This document shows positions 47,794 to 57,937 of a stretch of 64,000 nucleotides of DNA, one piece after another. A program made the translations under genes and the position numbers. Position 1 is the stretch's first letter; each line of letters starts with the position of its first letter. The notes beneath the pieces are model-generated. The model ran no database searches. It was not told the DNA's origin and saw only the letters and a program-made list of their open reading frames with translations. Source of the stretch: Candidatus Eiseniibacteriota bacterium (GTDB lineage Bacteria > Eisenbacteria > RBG-16-71-46 > CAZAMP01); assembly GCA_965224245.1 (NCBI GenBank), contig OZ245046.1, positions 4,224,001-4,288,000 of the forward strand, written 5' to 3'.

Positions 47794-48936
47794 ATGCATA
47801 CGACCCATCGCCCGAAGCCGACTCGTCGCTGGCTCGCCTCCGCGGCGGCCGCGATCCTCCTCGTGGGATGCGGGGACGACAGCTCGACCGACCCCGAGCC
47901 CTCCGGTCCCGCGTCCTCCCGCACGACGTTCATCGCCGCGGCCGACGCCACCGTGCGGGCGAGCTTCCCCGACGAGCCCGACGGCACGACCGGCGTCCTG
48001 GAGGTGCGCGACGGCGTCGAGACGTATCTCCGCTTCGACCTCTCGGGGCTGCCCGAGGAGGCGGTGATCAGCTCGGCGACGCTCCGCCTGGTGGCCTTCA
48101 GCGGCACCGGCGGCGGGGACCTCCTGGTGCTGTACGTACCGAACGACACCTGGGAGGAGGAGACCCTCACCGACAACAACAAGCCCAACTCCACCGGCGA
48201 GCCGCTCGGTGCGCTCACGCTCCCGGCATCGGTGAGCGGGGACGCCGTGATCGAGCTCACGTCCGATCTCCTGTCGACCGATGCCCAGCACGAGTCGTTC
48301 GGTCTGAACCGGATCCTCTCGCTGAAGGTGATCTCGTTCGGCGACGTGGCCGAGATGCACTCGCGCGAGGCCTCCATCGGCGTACGGCCCCGACTCGAGG
48401 TCACGTTTCGCACGGGCACGACCGCGATCATGGAGCCCGTCGCCGATTCGTGGGTGAGCCTGGGATCCCCCACGACGAACTTCGGATCCGACACGACGTT
48501 CCAGGTCGATCGCGGCAACCAGCGCGCGTTCCTCCGGTTCGATCTCGGCATGGTGCCCGCGAACGCGATCGTCGGTGGCGTCGCGCTCACCGCTCACACG
48601 TACGCGGGCTATGCGTGGGGTGGCGACGGCAACGTGTACACACGCTTCGTTCCCGACGACAGCTGGACCGAGACCGGGCTCACGTGGGACAACCAGCCGG
48701 ACGCCGAGGATACGTATCGCGGCCACTGGTGGCTCTGGTACGACGCGACCCCGTCCGAGAAGACCGGACGCAACGTGGCGACCCAGCTCGTTCCCGTCCT
48801 GCAGGACGAGGTGAGCGGCGATCGGATGCTGTCGATCCGACTGCACTCGCCGGGGTACCGGACCAACTACCACTCGCGGGAGCTGGAGGACGGTTCGCGG
48901 CGGCCGACGCTGGAGATCCTCTACGTCATGCCGTAG
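47794..48936 (+). CDS. Lipoprotein with two DNRLRE/CBM96-like domains
   Basis: Lipobox LLVGC; duplicated 'AD..V....P', 'YLRFDL', 'D.W.E..LT..N.P', 'HSRE....RP.LE'. Confidence 0.75.
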   Translation: MHTTHRPKPTRRWLASAAAAILLVGCGDDSSTDPEPSGPASSRTTFIAAADATVRASFPDEPDGTTGVLEVRDGVETYLRFDLSGLPEEAVISSATLRLVAFSGTGGGDLLVLYVPNDTWEEETLTDNNKPNSTGEPLGALTLPASVSGDAVIELTSDLLSTDAQHESFGLNRILSLKVISFGDVAEMHSREASIGVRPRLEVTFRTGTTAIMEPVADSWVSLGSPTTNFGSDTTFQVDRGNQRAFLRFDLGMVPANAIVGGVALTAHTYAGYAWGGDGNVYTRFVPDDSWTETGLTWDNQPDAEDTYRGHWWLWYDATPSEKTGRNVATQLVPVLQDEVSGDRMLSIRLHSPGYRTNYHSRELEDGSRRPTLEILYVMP

Positions 48937-48980
48937 CGCACACCCCGCGATCGCCGTGATCCCACGTGGCCGGCGAGCGG

Positions 48981-50726
48981 TCAGTCGTGACCGACGACCG
49001 CTCCGGCCGGCGGACCGAGGAGAAACGGTCCGATCGCCAGGTTGTCGAGCCGACCCTCCTGGAACGATCGGATCGCATCGGCCGGCGTGCAGACGATCGG
49101 CTCCTCGTGCATGTTGAAGCTCGTGTTCACGATGCACGGGATCCCCGATCGCGCCTCGTAGCGGCGGATGATCCGGTGGAAGCTCGGGTTCGCCTCCTCG
49201 TGCACCATCTGCGGGCGGGCCGTGCCGTCCACGTGGACCACCGCGGGGCAGTGCTCCTTCATCCAGTCGGTGCAGTCGAGCGTGATCGTCATGAAACCGG
49301 TGGCGCGGGCCGACGCGTGGTTCCAGTGGAAGAGCTGGTCGGCCGCCGAGGGCAGACAGGCCGGAGCGAACGGCATGAACTCGGTCCGGTGGAGCCGATT
49401 GTTGAGCCATGCGTTCACGCTCGCGTCCTTCGTGTGGTAGAGGATCGAGCGATTCCCGAGCGCGCGCGGTCCGTACTCCATGCGTCCGTCGAACCGGGCC
49501 ACCACGTGTCCCCGGTGCACGAGCTCGGCCACCGCGTCCTCCACGTCGTCCTCGCGGCGGTAGTCGACCCCCGCGTCCCGGAGTGCAGCCTCGATCTCCG
49601 CGTCGCCGAAGCTCGCGCCGAGGTAGACGTCCGCGAAGTACGGCGTCCGGCGGTCGAGCGTCGCGCCGTCGCGCGCCAGGTACGCGGCGAGGGCGGATCC
49701 GGCCGCCATGCCGCCGTCCCCCATCGCGGGGAACACGTACACCCCGTCGACCTCGTCCAGCTCGGCGATCTTCTGATTCAGCCGCACGTTCGCGAACACG
49801 CCCCCCGACAGGCACACGTGCCGCTGGCCGGATTCGCGCACCCAGTGGTGCACGTACGGCACGACGACCTCCTCGAGATGCGTCTGGATGCTGCACGCGA
49901 GATCTTCGTGCTTCCAGCCGGCGGGTAGCCGCTGCGCGATCCCGTCGACGGCGGTCGTGTGATAGAGGCTCGCGGCATTCGTGATCTGGCCGTCCGCGTA
50001 GGTGACCATCTCGCGGAACATGTCGAGGTATCGGGGCTCTCCGGTGGCGGCCAGTCCGGTGATCTTGCCCTCGTGGATGTTCGCCCGGTAGCCGCAGAGG
50101 TGCGTGACGTATGCGTAGTAATTGCCGATCGAGTGGAAGCTGTCGATGTCGTTCAGGAGACGCATCCAACCGTTCTCGTGCACCCACACCGCACCCGACT
50201 TGTAGTCGCCACCGCCGTCGAGCGAGATCGACACCGCGTTCTCGAAGCCCGACGTCTCGAACGCGGCCAGCGTGTGACACAGATGATGATCGTGATACGA
50301 GATCGGCGCGGTGATCGCGAGCTCCCCGAGCAGACGCTGAACCCCCGCGCGGCGATTGCCGAACGTCGCCCGCTTGAGCGCGCGGTAGACCGCGAACGCG
50401 GGCGGAAACCTGCCGAGCGGCTTGGCCAGGGAGGCGCTGAGCTTCATCTGGATGCTCGTCATCCCGGAGTGCTCGCGAAACCAGCCCTCGTTCGGGATCG
50501 GCTCGGGAATGTGCTCCTCGACGACCGAGGCCATGCCGACCTCGTCGACGTCGCGGGGACCGACGCCACCGAGACGGAGCACCTCCTGGATCGCCATCCT
50601 CGGGAACCCGATGGACATCTTCATCCGGTTGAGACGTTCGTCGTTCACCGCGGCCACGATGCGACCGTCGACCAGCAGCACCGCGCCCGCGTCGTCGCCG
50701 TCGGTTATACCGAGAATGACCGCCAT
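48981..50726 (-). CDS. Carbamoyltransferase (NodU/CmcH family)
   Basis: 'ERLNRMK', 'DHHLCH', 'LDGGGD', 'EGKITGLA', 'GGVFANV', 'EYGPRALGNRSI', 'RTEFMPFAP', 'NTSFNMHEEPIV'. Confidence 0.93.
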   Translation of the reverse strand: MAVILGITDGDDAGAVLLVDGRIVAAVNDERLNRMKMSIGFPRMAIQEVLRLGGVGPRDVDEVGMASVVEEHIPEPIPNEGWFREHSGMTSIQMKLSASLAKPLGRFPPAFAVYRALKRATFGNRRAGVQRLLGELAITAPISYHDHHLCHTLAAFETSGFENAVSISLDGGGDYKSGAVWVHENGWMRLLNDIDSFHSIGNYYAYVTHLCGYRANIHEGKITGLAATGEPRYLDMFREMVTYADGQITNAASLYHTTAVDGIAQRLPAGWKHEDLACSIQTHLEEVVVPYVHHWVRESGQRHVCLSGGVFANVRLNQKIAELDEVDGVYVFPAMGDGGMAAGSALAAYLARDGATLDRRTPYFADVYLGASFGDAEIEAALRDAGVDYRREDDVEDAVAELVHRGHVVARFDGRMEYGPRALGNRSILYHTKDASVNAWLNNRLHRTEFMPFAPACLPSAADQLFHWNHASARATGFMTITLDCTDWMKEHCPAVVHVDGTARPQMVHEEANPSFHRIIRRYEARSGIPCIVNTSFNMHEEPIVCTPADAIRSFQEGRLDNLAIGPFLLGPPAGAVVGHD

Positions 50727-50822
50727 GTCAGTCTGACACCCTCATCGAGTTGGATGTGGCCGACCCCGGGTCGACATCACCGGCCACGTACCCCGCCGTG
50801 GCCGCGCGTGAGCACCCCGCGT

Positions 50823-52271
50823 TCAGCCGACGCCGTCCCTGGTGATCGTCTCCAGCAGATCGGACAGATAGTCCCCGAGCATCTTCTCGACCGAGCCGAC
50901 CGACACGCACTCGGACGGCGAGTGCGGGTGCTCGATCGTGGGCCCGATCGAGATCATGTCCATGCCGGGCAGTCGCTCCCCGATGATCCCGCACTCGAGC
51001 CCCGCGTGAATGGCCGTCACGTGCGGAGCCTCTCCGTACCGGCGCTCGTACACGGCCGTCGCGGTGGCCAGAAGCGGCGAACGCGGATCGGGCGGCCAGG
51101 GCGGATAGCCGACCCCGGCCTCCGCGCTCGCGCCGTGCTCGCGTCCCAGCGCGAGCTGCCGATCCACGAGCGCCGACAGCGCGGTCGAGACCGAGCTCCG
51201 CGCCGACGTGAGGATGCTCACGCCATCGGGGTCGGTCCGGACCGTGGCCAGGTTGTTCGACGTCTCCACCAGCTCGGGTAGATCGGGCACGCGGGAGAGC
51301 TCGCCGTGGGGCAACGCCTTCAACAGCGCGACGAGATCACGCTGATCGTCGGCGACCCACGCGCGTCCGTCGTGCGTGCCCGCATCGACGCGTATCGCGA
51401 TGTCCGGATCGGACGCGGCGAAGCGCTCGGCGAGGCTCGTCCTCATCGTCTCCAGACGCGCCTCGATCGCCCGGCGATCCCCGACCACGTCACCTCGCGC
51501 CTCACGCGGAATGGCGTTGTGCGCGTTGCCGCCGTCGATGGCCACGATGGCGACGCCATCGAGGCTCGCCAGCGCGGTGACCAGCACCTTGATCGCATTC
51601 GCGCGCCCCTCGTGAATCTGCACGCCCGAGTGTCCGCCACGGCCTCCGAACACGGTCACGGTCAGGCGCTCGCCGGGGACCTCCCGTCGCGAGACCGGAC
51701 GGCGAAACGACATGTCGGACCCGCCGGCGCATCCGATCGTGATCACGCCGTCCTCCTCGGAGTCGAGGTTGATCATGAGGCGCCCGGTGATCATCGACGC
51801 ATCGAGCGACTTGGCACCGGTGAGGCCGGTCTCCTCGTCCAGCGTGAACAGGAGCTCCAGCGGCCCGTGCGGCACGGACGTGTCGGTGACGAACCGCAGC
51901 GCCGCCGCCACCCCCACTCCGTTATCGGCACCGAGCGTCGTTCCTCGCGCGGTGAGAACGTCCCCGTGGCGCGCGAGCTGGATGGCGTCGGTCTCGAAGT
52001 CGAAATCGGTGCCGGCGTTCTTCTCGCACACCATGTCGAGATGGGCCTGGAGCACCACGATCGGCGCGTCCTCGAGCCCCTCGGTCGCGGGCACCACGAC
52101 GACGACGTTCCCCAGTGCGTCGTGTCGCGTCTCGAGACCGTGCTCGCGCGCGAACGAGTCGACGTACTCCCGGATGCGCTCCTCGCGTTTCGAGGGCCGG
52201 GGGATCCGTCGGATCTCGTCGAAGCGGGCCCAGAGCTCGCGGGGCTCGAGGCCGGTCAACGGGTCTGTCAT
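50823..52271 (-). CDS. pepD: Aminoacyl-histidine (beta-Ala-His) dipeptidase, M20C
   Basis: 'LQAHLDMVCEK', 'TLGADNG', 'DEETGL', 'NLDSEE', 'GGHSG', 'IHAGLECG'. Confidence 0.93.
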   Translation of the reverse strand: MTDPLTGLEPRELWARFDEIRRIPRPSKREERIREYVDSFAREHGLETRHDALGNVVVVVPATEGLEDAPIVVLQAHLDMVCEKNAGTDFDFETDAIQLARHGDVLTARGTTLGADNGVGVAAALRFVTDTSVPHGPLELLFTLDEETGLTGAKSLDASMITGRLMINLDSEEDGVITIGCAGGSDMSFRRPVSRREVPGERLTVTVFGGRGGHSGVQIHEGRANAIKVLVTALASLDGVAIVAIDGGNAHNAIPREARGDVVGDRRAIEARLETMRTSLAERFAASDPDIAIRVDAGTHDGRAWVADDQRDLVALLKALPHGELSRVPDLPELVETSNNLATVRTDPDGVSILTSARSSVSTALSALVDRQLALGREHGASAEAGVGYPPWPPDPRSPLLATATAVYERRYGEAPHVTAIHAGLECGIIGERLPGMDMISIGPTIEHPHSPSECVSVGSVEKMLGDYLSDLLETITRDGVG

Positions 52272-52291
52272 TGCTCGCTCTCCCGGTGTGG

Positions 52292-52636
52292 TCAGCGGCC
52301 CAGCACCTTCGCGTACGTCTCGTGGTCGAAGCCGACCAGCAGTGTCTTGCCGCGTCTGATCGTCGGAGCCCGGAGGTTTCCGGTGGGACCGAGGAGCTTC
52401 TCGACGAGCTCGTCTCGATCGGCCTTGGCCACCGAGAACGTCTGGAGCGACTTGCCCTTCGCGACGTGCACGGTGCTCACGGCATCCAGGAGGGCCATCG
52501 CCTCATCCCGCCCGAGCTTCTTCGAGGCCGACACCGTCTCGGCGGCCGTGATCGATCCCGCGTCCATGAACTTGGACGCCCTCGAGCACGACGTTCAACC
52601 ATTGCGGTGGTAGTACCAGTCCACGCGCCTGGCCAT
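52292..52636 (-). CDS. ArsC/glutaredoxin-like selenoprotein (UxxC), 114 aa; in-frame TGA at 52595-52597 read as Sec
   Basis: MARRVDWYYHRNG-TGA-TSCSRASKFM...LLGPTGNLRAPT...LLVGF is continuous in one frame; GAGGAG SD; SECIS-like hairpin follows the TGA. Confidence 0.88.
52546..52591 (-). promoter_or_regulatory. Bacterial SECIS-like stem-loop
   Basis: mRNA: CGUG-C-UCGA..GCGUCCA-AGUUCA-UGGACGC..UCGA-U-CACG; apical loop starts 23 nt after the UGA, with G at loop position 2. Confidence 0.75.
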
Positions 52637-52907
52637 GGGGTCCCTCCTCGGGGTGTGCGGGTTTCTCGTCGTCGACGGGCCCGTCTTCCCGGCGCCCGAG
52701 GCCGTCGCGCGGGCATCGACGGCCGCGTAGGCTAGCATTTTTGGCCGGCCGCCGGGCGCCCCCGGGCGGGCACGTCGAGCCGGGAGAAGACGGGGAGCGA
52801 GACCCCGCCCATCGTCGCCGGAAGTGGCCGTCTCACAATCACTTGCTCTTGGCGCCACCCGGGCGACCCGCTAGACTGCGCCGTCTCCGACACGACCGGC
52901 GACCGGC

Positions 52908-54173
52908 GTGCCCCGTGGCCTCGAGGAGGCTGTCCTGAACCGATCCCGCCTGACGCACTGCCTCGCGCGACTCCGCGCCTGGGTCGAGGACACCGGGTGG
53001 TCGGGCTACGACCCGTTCGACGTCCGTGCGCACCGCCTGTACCGGCACGTGTCCCGCCGGGCGGCGTCGGGCGGCCCGCTGGATCGTGCGATGCTTGCCG
53101 CCGTGTACACGCTCGACGTCCGGTTTCCCGGCCTCGTGCGCCGCCTCCTCCGCGTGCGGCCGCAGATCAACGCGATGGGGATGGGACAGTTCGCCGAGGC
53201 GTACGGGCTCCTGGCGCTGACCGGCGACGCCGCTGCGGCCGGCGAGCAGCAGCGCCGGCTGGAGTGGCTTCGTCAGAACGCGGTTCACGATGGCGACGCG
53301 GCTGCGTGGGCCTACCCGTTCGGGTGGGAGGCCACGGGCTCACACGAGGCGGAGACTCCGGTCGGCGTGGTCACCGCGTTCGCGGCCGACGCGTTTCGGC
53401 GCTCCCACGACCCGATCGCCGTCCAGGCGGCGAGATTCGTGGCCGACCGGCTCGGGAGGCTCCCCGGCCCGGACGGCACGTTCTGCTTCACGTACACACC
53501 CGAGGATCGCGCACCGGTGCACAACGCCAACGTGATCGCCGCCGAGCTTCTTCTCTGGGCCGGTCTCACCCGTCGAGACGAGGAGTGGGTCGCCGCCGCG
53601 CGCACGGCGTTCCGGTACACGCTCGATGATCAGGAGCCGGGTGGCGCGTGGGACTACTGGGGCCCGACCGGGCGCCGTAAGCGGGATGTCGATCCGTATC
53701 ACTCGGCGTTCGTGGTGCGCATGCTCATGCGAGCTCACGTGATGACCGGCGACGGCGAGCTCCTGAACGCGGCCCTTCGCGGGTTCGCGTTCGTCCGCCA
53801 CGCTCTGTTCGAGAACGGTCGCCCCCGGCGCTCCGAAGGGCGGCGCGACCCGGCCAACGCCTACTCGGTGGCGGAAGGCCTCCGGGTCGCATGCGCGGTG
53901 CGCGCTCACGTCCACGACGCGGATGTCTTCGCGGACGAGGTCCTCACGTGGGCGAGTCGGGAGATGCAGGATCCGTCCGGCTACTTCTACTACCTGAAGT
54001 GGAGACGCTGGACGAACCGTGTGCCGATGATGCGCTGGGCTCAGGCACCGATCTTCCTCGGGCTGGCCGAGTGGTGGGTCGCCCTCACGGGCCCGGAGCA
54101 GCCCGTCGCGCCGGATGCGCCGTCGGACCTCCCTGGACCCGTGCCCGGCTGGCCGCCCCGGGACCCCGGTTGA
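52908..54173 (+). CDS. Six-hairpin (alpha/alpha-barrel-like) protein of the type found in polysaccharide loci
   Basis: 'GYDPFD', 'WAYPFGW', 'CFTYTP.D..VHNAN', 'Q..GAWDY', 'D.YHSAFV', 'MQDPSGYFYY', 'MRWAQA'; start uncertain. Confidence 0.6.
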   Translation: MPRGLEEAVLNRSRLTHCLARLRAWVEDTGWSGYDPFDVRAHRLYRHVSRRAASGGPLDRAMLAAVYTLDVRFPGLVRRLLRVRPQINAMGMGQFAEAYGLLALTGDAAAAGEQQRRLEWLRQNAVHDGDAAAWAYPFGWEATGSHEAETPVGVVTAFAADAFRRSHDPIAVQAARFVADRLGRLPGPDGTFCFTYTPEDRAPVHNANVIAAELLLWAGLTRRDEEWVAAARTAFRYTLDDQEPGGAWDYWGPTGRRKRDVDPYHSAFVVRMLMRAHVMTGDGELLNAALRGFAFVRHALFENGRPRRSEGRRDPANAYSVAEGLRVACAVRAHVHDADVFADEVLTWASREMQDPSGYFYYLKWRRWTNRVPMMRWAQAPIFLGLAEWWVALTGPEQPVAPDAPSDLPGPVPGWPPRDPG

Positions 54174-54309
54174 CCGTCGAGTCGGCCGCCCGCGTCGCGT
54201 CATCGGCGGAACACGCGCTCCGGGCGGAGCGTTCGTGAGCCACGTCGGGTCGGCGCGTACGGCGAGAATCCGATATCATCTCCCGGGCCGAAGACACATC
54301 GAGGACGCC

Positions 54310-55065
54310 TTGCCGCACCGCTCGCTGACACTCGAGGAGTTCGCACGTCACGCCGGAATGGACGTGAACGACGTTCGCCGCCTCGCCGAGGCCGGCAAGC
54401 TCCCGGCCGATCGGGTGGGGGGCACGTGGCGCTTTCACGAGGCGGGCCTGACCGAGTGGCTCCAGTCCGAGATGCCGCGCCTCGACCAGGATCGATTGCG
54501 CGCGATCGAGCGGGCGATGACGCTGGCGGACGCCGCCGCCGGGACCGAGCGCGTCGTCGAGGCCGAGTCCGGGGATCGGATCGTGCGATCGCTGATGCGC
54601 CCCCAGCTCGTCGATCTGGAGATGCCGGCGAGAACCAGCGCGTCCGCGCTGCGCGAGCTCTGCGCCATCGTCGATCGGGCCGAGCTCCTGTACGACGGCG
54701 ATGGGCTCCTCGAGTCGCTCCGAGAGCGCGAGAAGATGTGCTCGACCGCGCTCGGGTCGGGCATCGCGATCCCGCATCCGCGCCAGCCGATGCCCTACGC
54801 CACCGCGGAGCCGTTGATCGCGGTGGGGCGCGTGGACGGCGGCATCGGCTTCGGCGAGGCGACCGGCGACCTCACGCGACTGTTCTTCCTGATCTGCTGC
54901 CAGAGCTCGTTTCATCACCTCCAGGTGCTCGCGCGTCTGATGCGGATCCTCTCTCGAAGCGTCAGAGCCGACCTGATGTCCGAGACCGACCCCGATGCGT
55001 TCCTCGACCGCATCGCCGCGCGCGAGGACGAGGTCGTCGCCTCGCAGTCGCCGGGCGGGTCGTGA
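54310..55065 (+). CDS. PTS EIIA (Ntr/Fru-type) protein with an N-terminal excisionase-like HTH
   Basis: 'LTLEEFARH..VRRLAEAGKLPADRVGGTWRF'; 'REKMCSTALGSGIAIPHPR'; 'HLQVLARL'. Confidence 0.85.
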   Translation: MPHRSLTLEEFARHAGMDVNDVRRLAEAGKLPADRVGGTWRFHEAGLTEWLQSEMPRLDQDRLRAIERAMTLADAAAGTERVVEAESGDRIVRSLMRPQLVDLEMPARTSASALRELCAIVDRAELLYDGDGLLESLREREKMCSTALGSGIAIPHPRQPMPYATAEPLIAVGRVDGGIGFGEATGDLTRLFFLICCQSSFHHLQVLARLMRILSRSVRADLMSETDPDAFLDRIAAREDEVVASQSPGGS

Positions 55066-55748
55066 GAGCCCGACATCGCGGCACGCGTTGCGCGGTGTGC
55101 CGGCTCCACCACGGCCTGTGCCTCTGCCCGGAGCTGCCGAGGCTGGTCACCGACACGTCGGTGACGGTCGTGATGCATCGCCACGAGCAGCACAAGACCT
55201 CGAACACGGGGCGGCTGGCGGCCCGGTGCCTCGCGCGCGGGCGCGTGGTCGTCCGCCGGCCCCGCGCGCTCGACGACGACGCGATCCTCGCGGGTCTCAC
55301 ACGTCCGGTGCTGCTCTTTCCCGGCGCCGGGGCCCGACCGCTCCACACGCTGGACACCCGGACTCCGGTCGACCTGATCGTGCTCGACGCCACCTGGCGC
55401 CAGGCGATCCGGATGGCGCGCCGCGTGCGGGGGCTGCCGGCGGTGCCGGCGGTCTCGCTGCCGCCGGGCGGCCCCAGCCGCTACGGGCTCCGCACGGGAT
55501 CCAGCGCGGACCGCGTGTCCACGTTCGAGGCCATCGCCCGCGCCCTCGGGCATCTGGACGGGTCGCGCGTCGAGCAGGCCCTGAACGAGGTCTTCCTGCG
55601 CGTGATCCATCGAATCGAGTGGATCAAGGGGCGTCGCCGCCGGGAGGACGTTCACGGCGGGATCCCCGACGGGGTCAAGGCGCACGATCCCTGGAGCGGA
55701 CCGGCCGGAGAGCGCGCGCTCGCGTCGGCGACGCGCGCCGAGCATTGA
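55062..55748 (+). CDS. DTW-domain tRNA-uridine aminocarboxypropyltransferase (TapT-like)
   Basis: 'RCAVCRL..LCLC', 'HRHE..KTSNTG', 'LLFP', 'LDATWRQA', 'STFEA'; GTGA overlap. Confidence 0.9.
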   Translation: MRARHRGTRCAVCRLHHGLCLCPELPRLVTDTSVTVVMHRHEQHKTSNTGRLAARCLARGRVVVRRPRALDDDAILAGLTRPVLLFPGAGARPLHTLDTRTPVDLIVLDATWRQAIRMARRVRGLPAVPAVSLPPGGPSRYGLRTGSSADRVSTFEAIARALGHLDGSRVEQALNEVFLRVIHRIEWIKGRRRREDVHGGIPDGVKAHDPWSGPAGERALASATRAEH

Positions 55749-55803
55749 CGTCGGCCGCATCCCCGCTAAGATCCGGGACTCACCACTCACCCGACGGGGC
55801 ACG

Positions 55804-56751
55804 ATGAGTCGCACGCTGCACGTTCTCGACGGCACGGCCATGCTGTTCCGGCTGTATCACGCCGGGCTGCGCCTCCGATGCCCTCGCGGTCGGGAGGTCG
55901 GCGCGGTGGACGGGCTCTGCGCGGCGCTGGCGAGATTCGTTCGCGATCATCACCCCTCGTACGTGGTCGTCGTGTTCGATCCCGGCCGCCCCACGTTCCG
56001 CCACACGCTGTACGAGTCGTACAAGGCCAACCGACCCAAGTCCCCCGACGATCTCAGCCCTCAGTTCGACCTCGGCATCGCGTGCTCGGTGGCGCTCGGC
56101 TTTCGTACGTTCCGCGTGCCCGGCTACGAGGCCGACGACCTGATGGCCACCCTGGCCACCCGCGCCCGTCGTGCCGGGCTCCGCACGCACCTCCAGACCC
56201 CGGACAAGGACGTGCTCCAGCTCGTCGACGATTCCTGGGTCCGGGTGACCGATCCCCGCACGCAGGAGGTGATGGATGCCGAGCGTGTGCGATCGCGCTT
56301 CGGCGTGGCGCCCCCTCAGCTGACCGACTACCTGGCGCTCACGGGCGACAGCTCCGACAACGTTCCAGGCGTGACGGGCGTCGGACCCAAGGCGGCGGTC
56401 TCGCTGATCGACGAGTTCGGGGATCTCGAGGGCATCTACGCGAACCTGGATCGCGTCGAGGAGCTGCCGGTGCGCGGGGCCGCCAGGCTCGCCGAGCGCC
56501 TGGCCTCGGCCGAGACCGATGCCTTTCTGAGTCGTGATCTGGTGCGGCTCCGCGCCGACGTCCCCCTGGGCGAGAGCCCCCTCACGCTGGGACAGCTTCG
56601 CTACCGCGGCCCACAGCCCGACGCCGAGGCCTTCTTCCGATCCGAGGGCATCGCGGCCCCGGTGCGCGCGCTCCGGAGCCACACGGGCGGGGACGCCGCC
56701 TTTGCGTCCGAGGATCCCGGCTGGCTGGACGCGCCGCCCCCGCTCTCGTGA
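55804..56751 (+). CDS. Stand-alone 5'-3' exonuclease/flap endonuclease (PolA N-terminal type)
   Basis: 'VLDG', 'YKANR', 'YEADD', 'DKD', 'LTGDSSDNVPGV.GVGPK'; no polymerase domain. Confidence 0.92.
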   Translation: MSRTLHVLDGTAMLFRLYHAGLRLRCPRGREVGAVDGLCAALARFVRDHHPSYVVVVFDPGRPTFRHTLYESYKANRPKSPDDLSPQFDLGIACSVALGFRTFRVPGYEADDLMATLATRARRAGLRTHLQTPDKDVLQLVDDSWVRVTDPRTQEVMDAERVRSRFGVAPPQLTDYLALTGDSSDNVPGVTGVGPKAAVSLIDEFGDLEGIYANLDRVEELPVRGAARLAERLASAETDAFLSRDLVRLRADVPLGESPLTLGQLRYRGPQPDAEAFFRSEGIAAPVRALRSHTGGDAAFASEDPGWLDAPPPLS

Positions 56752-56929
56752 CTCGAGACCGGCTCGATTGCGCCATCCCGCGGCCGGGCGCCGACGCGCG
56801 ATCATACGGCGTCCGCCACGACCCGAACTATTAGGTGCGCGACGCGGTCGCGTGGCCGTGCCCGGGCCAACCGGGCGCCGCGGGCCCGTGGCCCTCGTCG
56901 CCGAGTCGAGATCCAATCGAGGACCCTGC

Positions 56930-57874
56930 ATGCATCCAGAGCCGGAAACCGTACTCGTCGTCGAGCCCGAGACGAGCCAGCAAGCCATCGCCATCGACGG
57001 CCTTCAGAAGGCCGGCCTCCGCGCGTCCGTCGCGGCGTCCGGCCGGGATGCGCTCGCCGCACTCGCCGACGTGGTTCCGGAGGCCATCCTGGTCGACTGG
57101 GACCTGCCGGACATGACCGCCGCCGACCTCCTCGCCGACATCGCGTCGAACGCGCGGCTCGGGAGCGTTCCCGCGATCGTGATCGTCTCGCCGCGCGATC
57201 CGGGCCGGATCGACACCGCGGTGGCGGCCGGCGCCCTCGACGTGATCCGGAAGCCCCTCGACGCCGCCGAGCTCCGGGCCCGTGTCGGGGCGGCCCTTCG
57301 TGCTGCCGCGCTCGGCGAGGAGTGCCGACTTCGGTCGGTGAAGGACCCGTTGACGGGGCTCCTGAACCGCCGCGCGATTCTCGAGCGATTCGGCGAGGAG
57401 TTCGACCGCGCGCATCGCTACACGCGGGAGATGGCGGTGGCGATCGTGGACGTGGATCACTTCGGCTACGTGTGCGAGACGTACGGTCGTCCCGTCGGGG
57501 ACCGGCTGCTCGTGCAGCTGGCGGAGTACCTCACCGAGTCCACACGCTCGTGCGACTTCGTCGCGCGCTGGAACGACGACTCGTCGTTCATGCTCGTGCT
57601 TCCCGAGACGCCGCTCGACGCGGCGGGCCTGGTGCTCGAGCGGATCCGGCGGGAGCTGCCGCCGACGATCCGGCCTCCGATGTCCAACGGAGGGGCCATG
57701 ACGATCAGCGCCGGTGTGGTGGCTCCGACTCCCGGTCGATTCCGGTCGCCGGCGGGGCTCCTCCAGGCCGCCCAGGAGGAGCTGCAGGCGGCGAAGGCCG
57801 CCGGGCGCAACCGCGTGTCCGTGCTGGGCACCGGCCCTCTGCCCGTGATCGACACCGAGCGCCGCGCCGCCTGA
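56930..57874 (+). CDS. Response regulator with a degenerate GGDEF domain
   Basis: REC 'ILVDWDLPDM..IRKP'; 'DPLTGLLNRR', 'DVDHF', RSCD I-site; A-site reads 'RWNDDSSF'. Confidence 0.85.
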   Translation: MHPEPETVLVVEPETSQQAIAIDGLQKAGLRASVAASGRDALAALADVVPEAILVDWDLPDMTAADLLADIASNARLGSVPAIVIVSPRDPGRIDTAVAAGALDVIRKPLDAAELRARVGAALRAAALGEECRLRSVKDPLTGLLNRRAILERFGEEFDRAHRYTREMAVAIVDVDHFGYVCETYGRPVGDRLLVQLAEYLTESTRSCDFVARWNDDSSFMLVLPETPLDAAGLVLERIRRELPPTIRPPMSNGGAMTISAGVVAPTPGRFRSPAGLLQAAQEELQAAKAAGRNRVSVLGTGPLPVIDTERRAA

Positions 57875-57937
57875 CGCGCGGCGACCCACGCTCGGGATCG
57901 AGCCGGATGCTCGACCCGGTCTCCGCAACGTCCTGCT

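Noticed and set aside
54310-54480. Excisionase-like HTH as a sign of a mobile element
   Set aside because: It is the N-terminal domain of an HTH-EIIA protein, with no integrase or att sites nearby.
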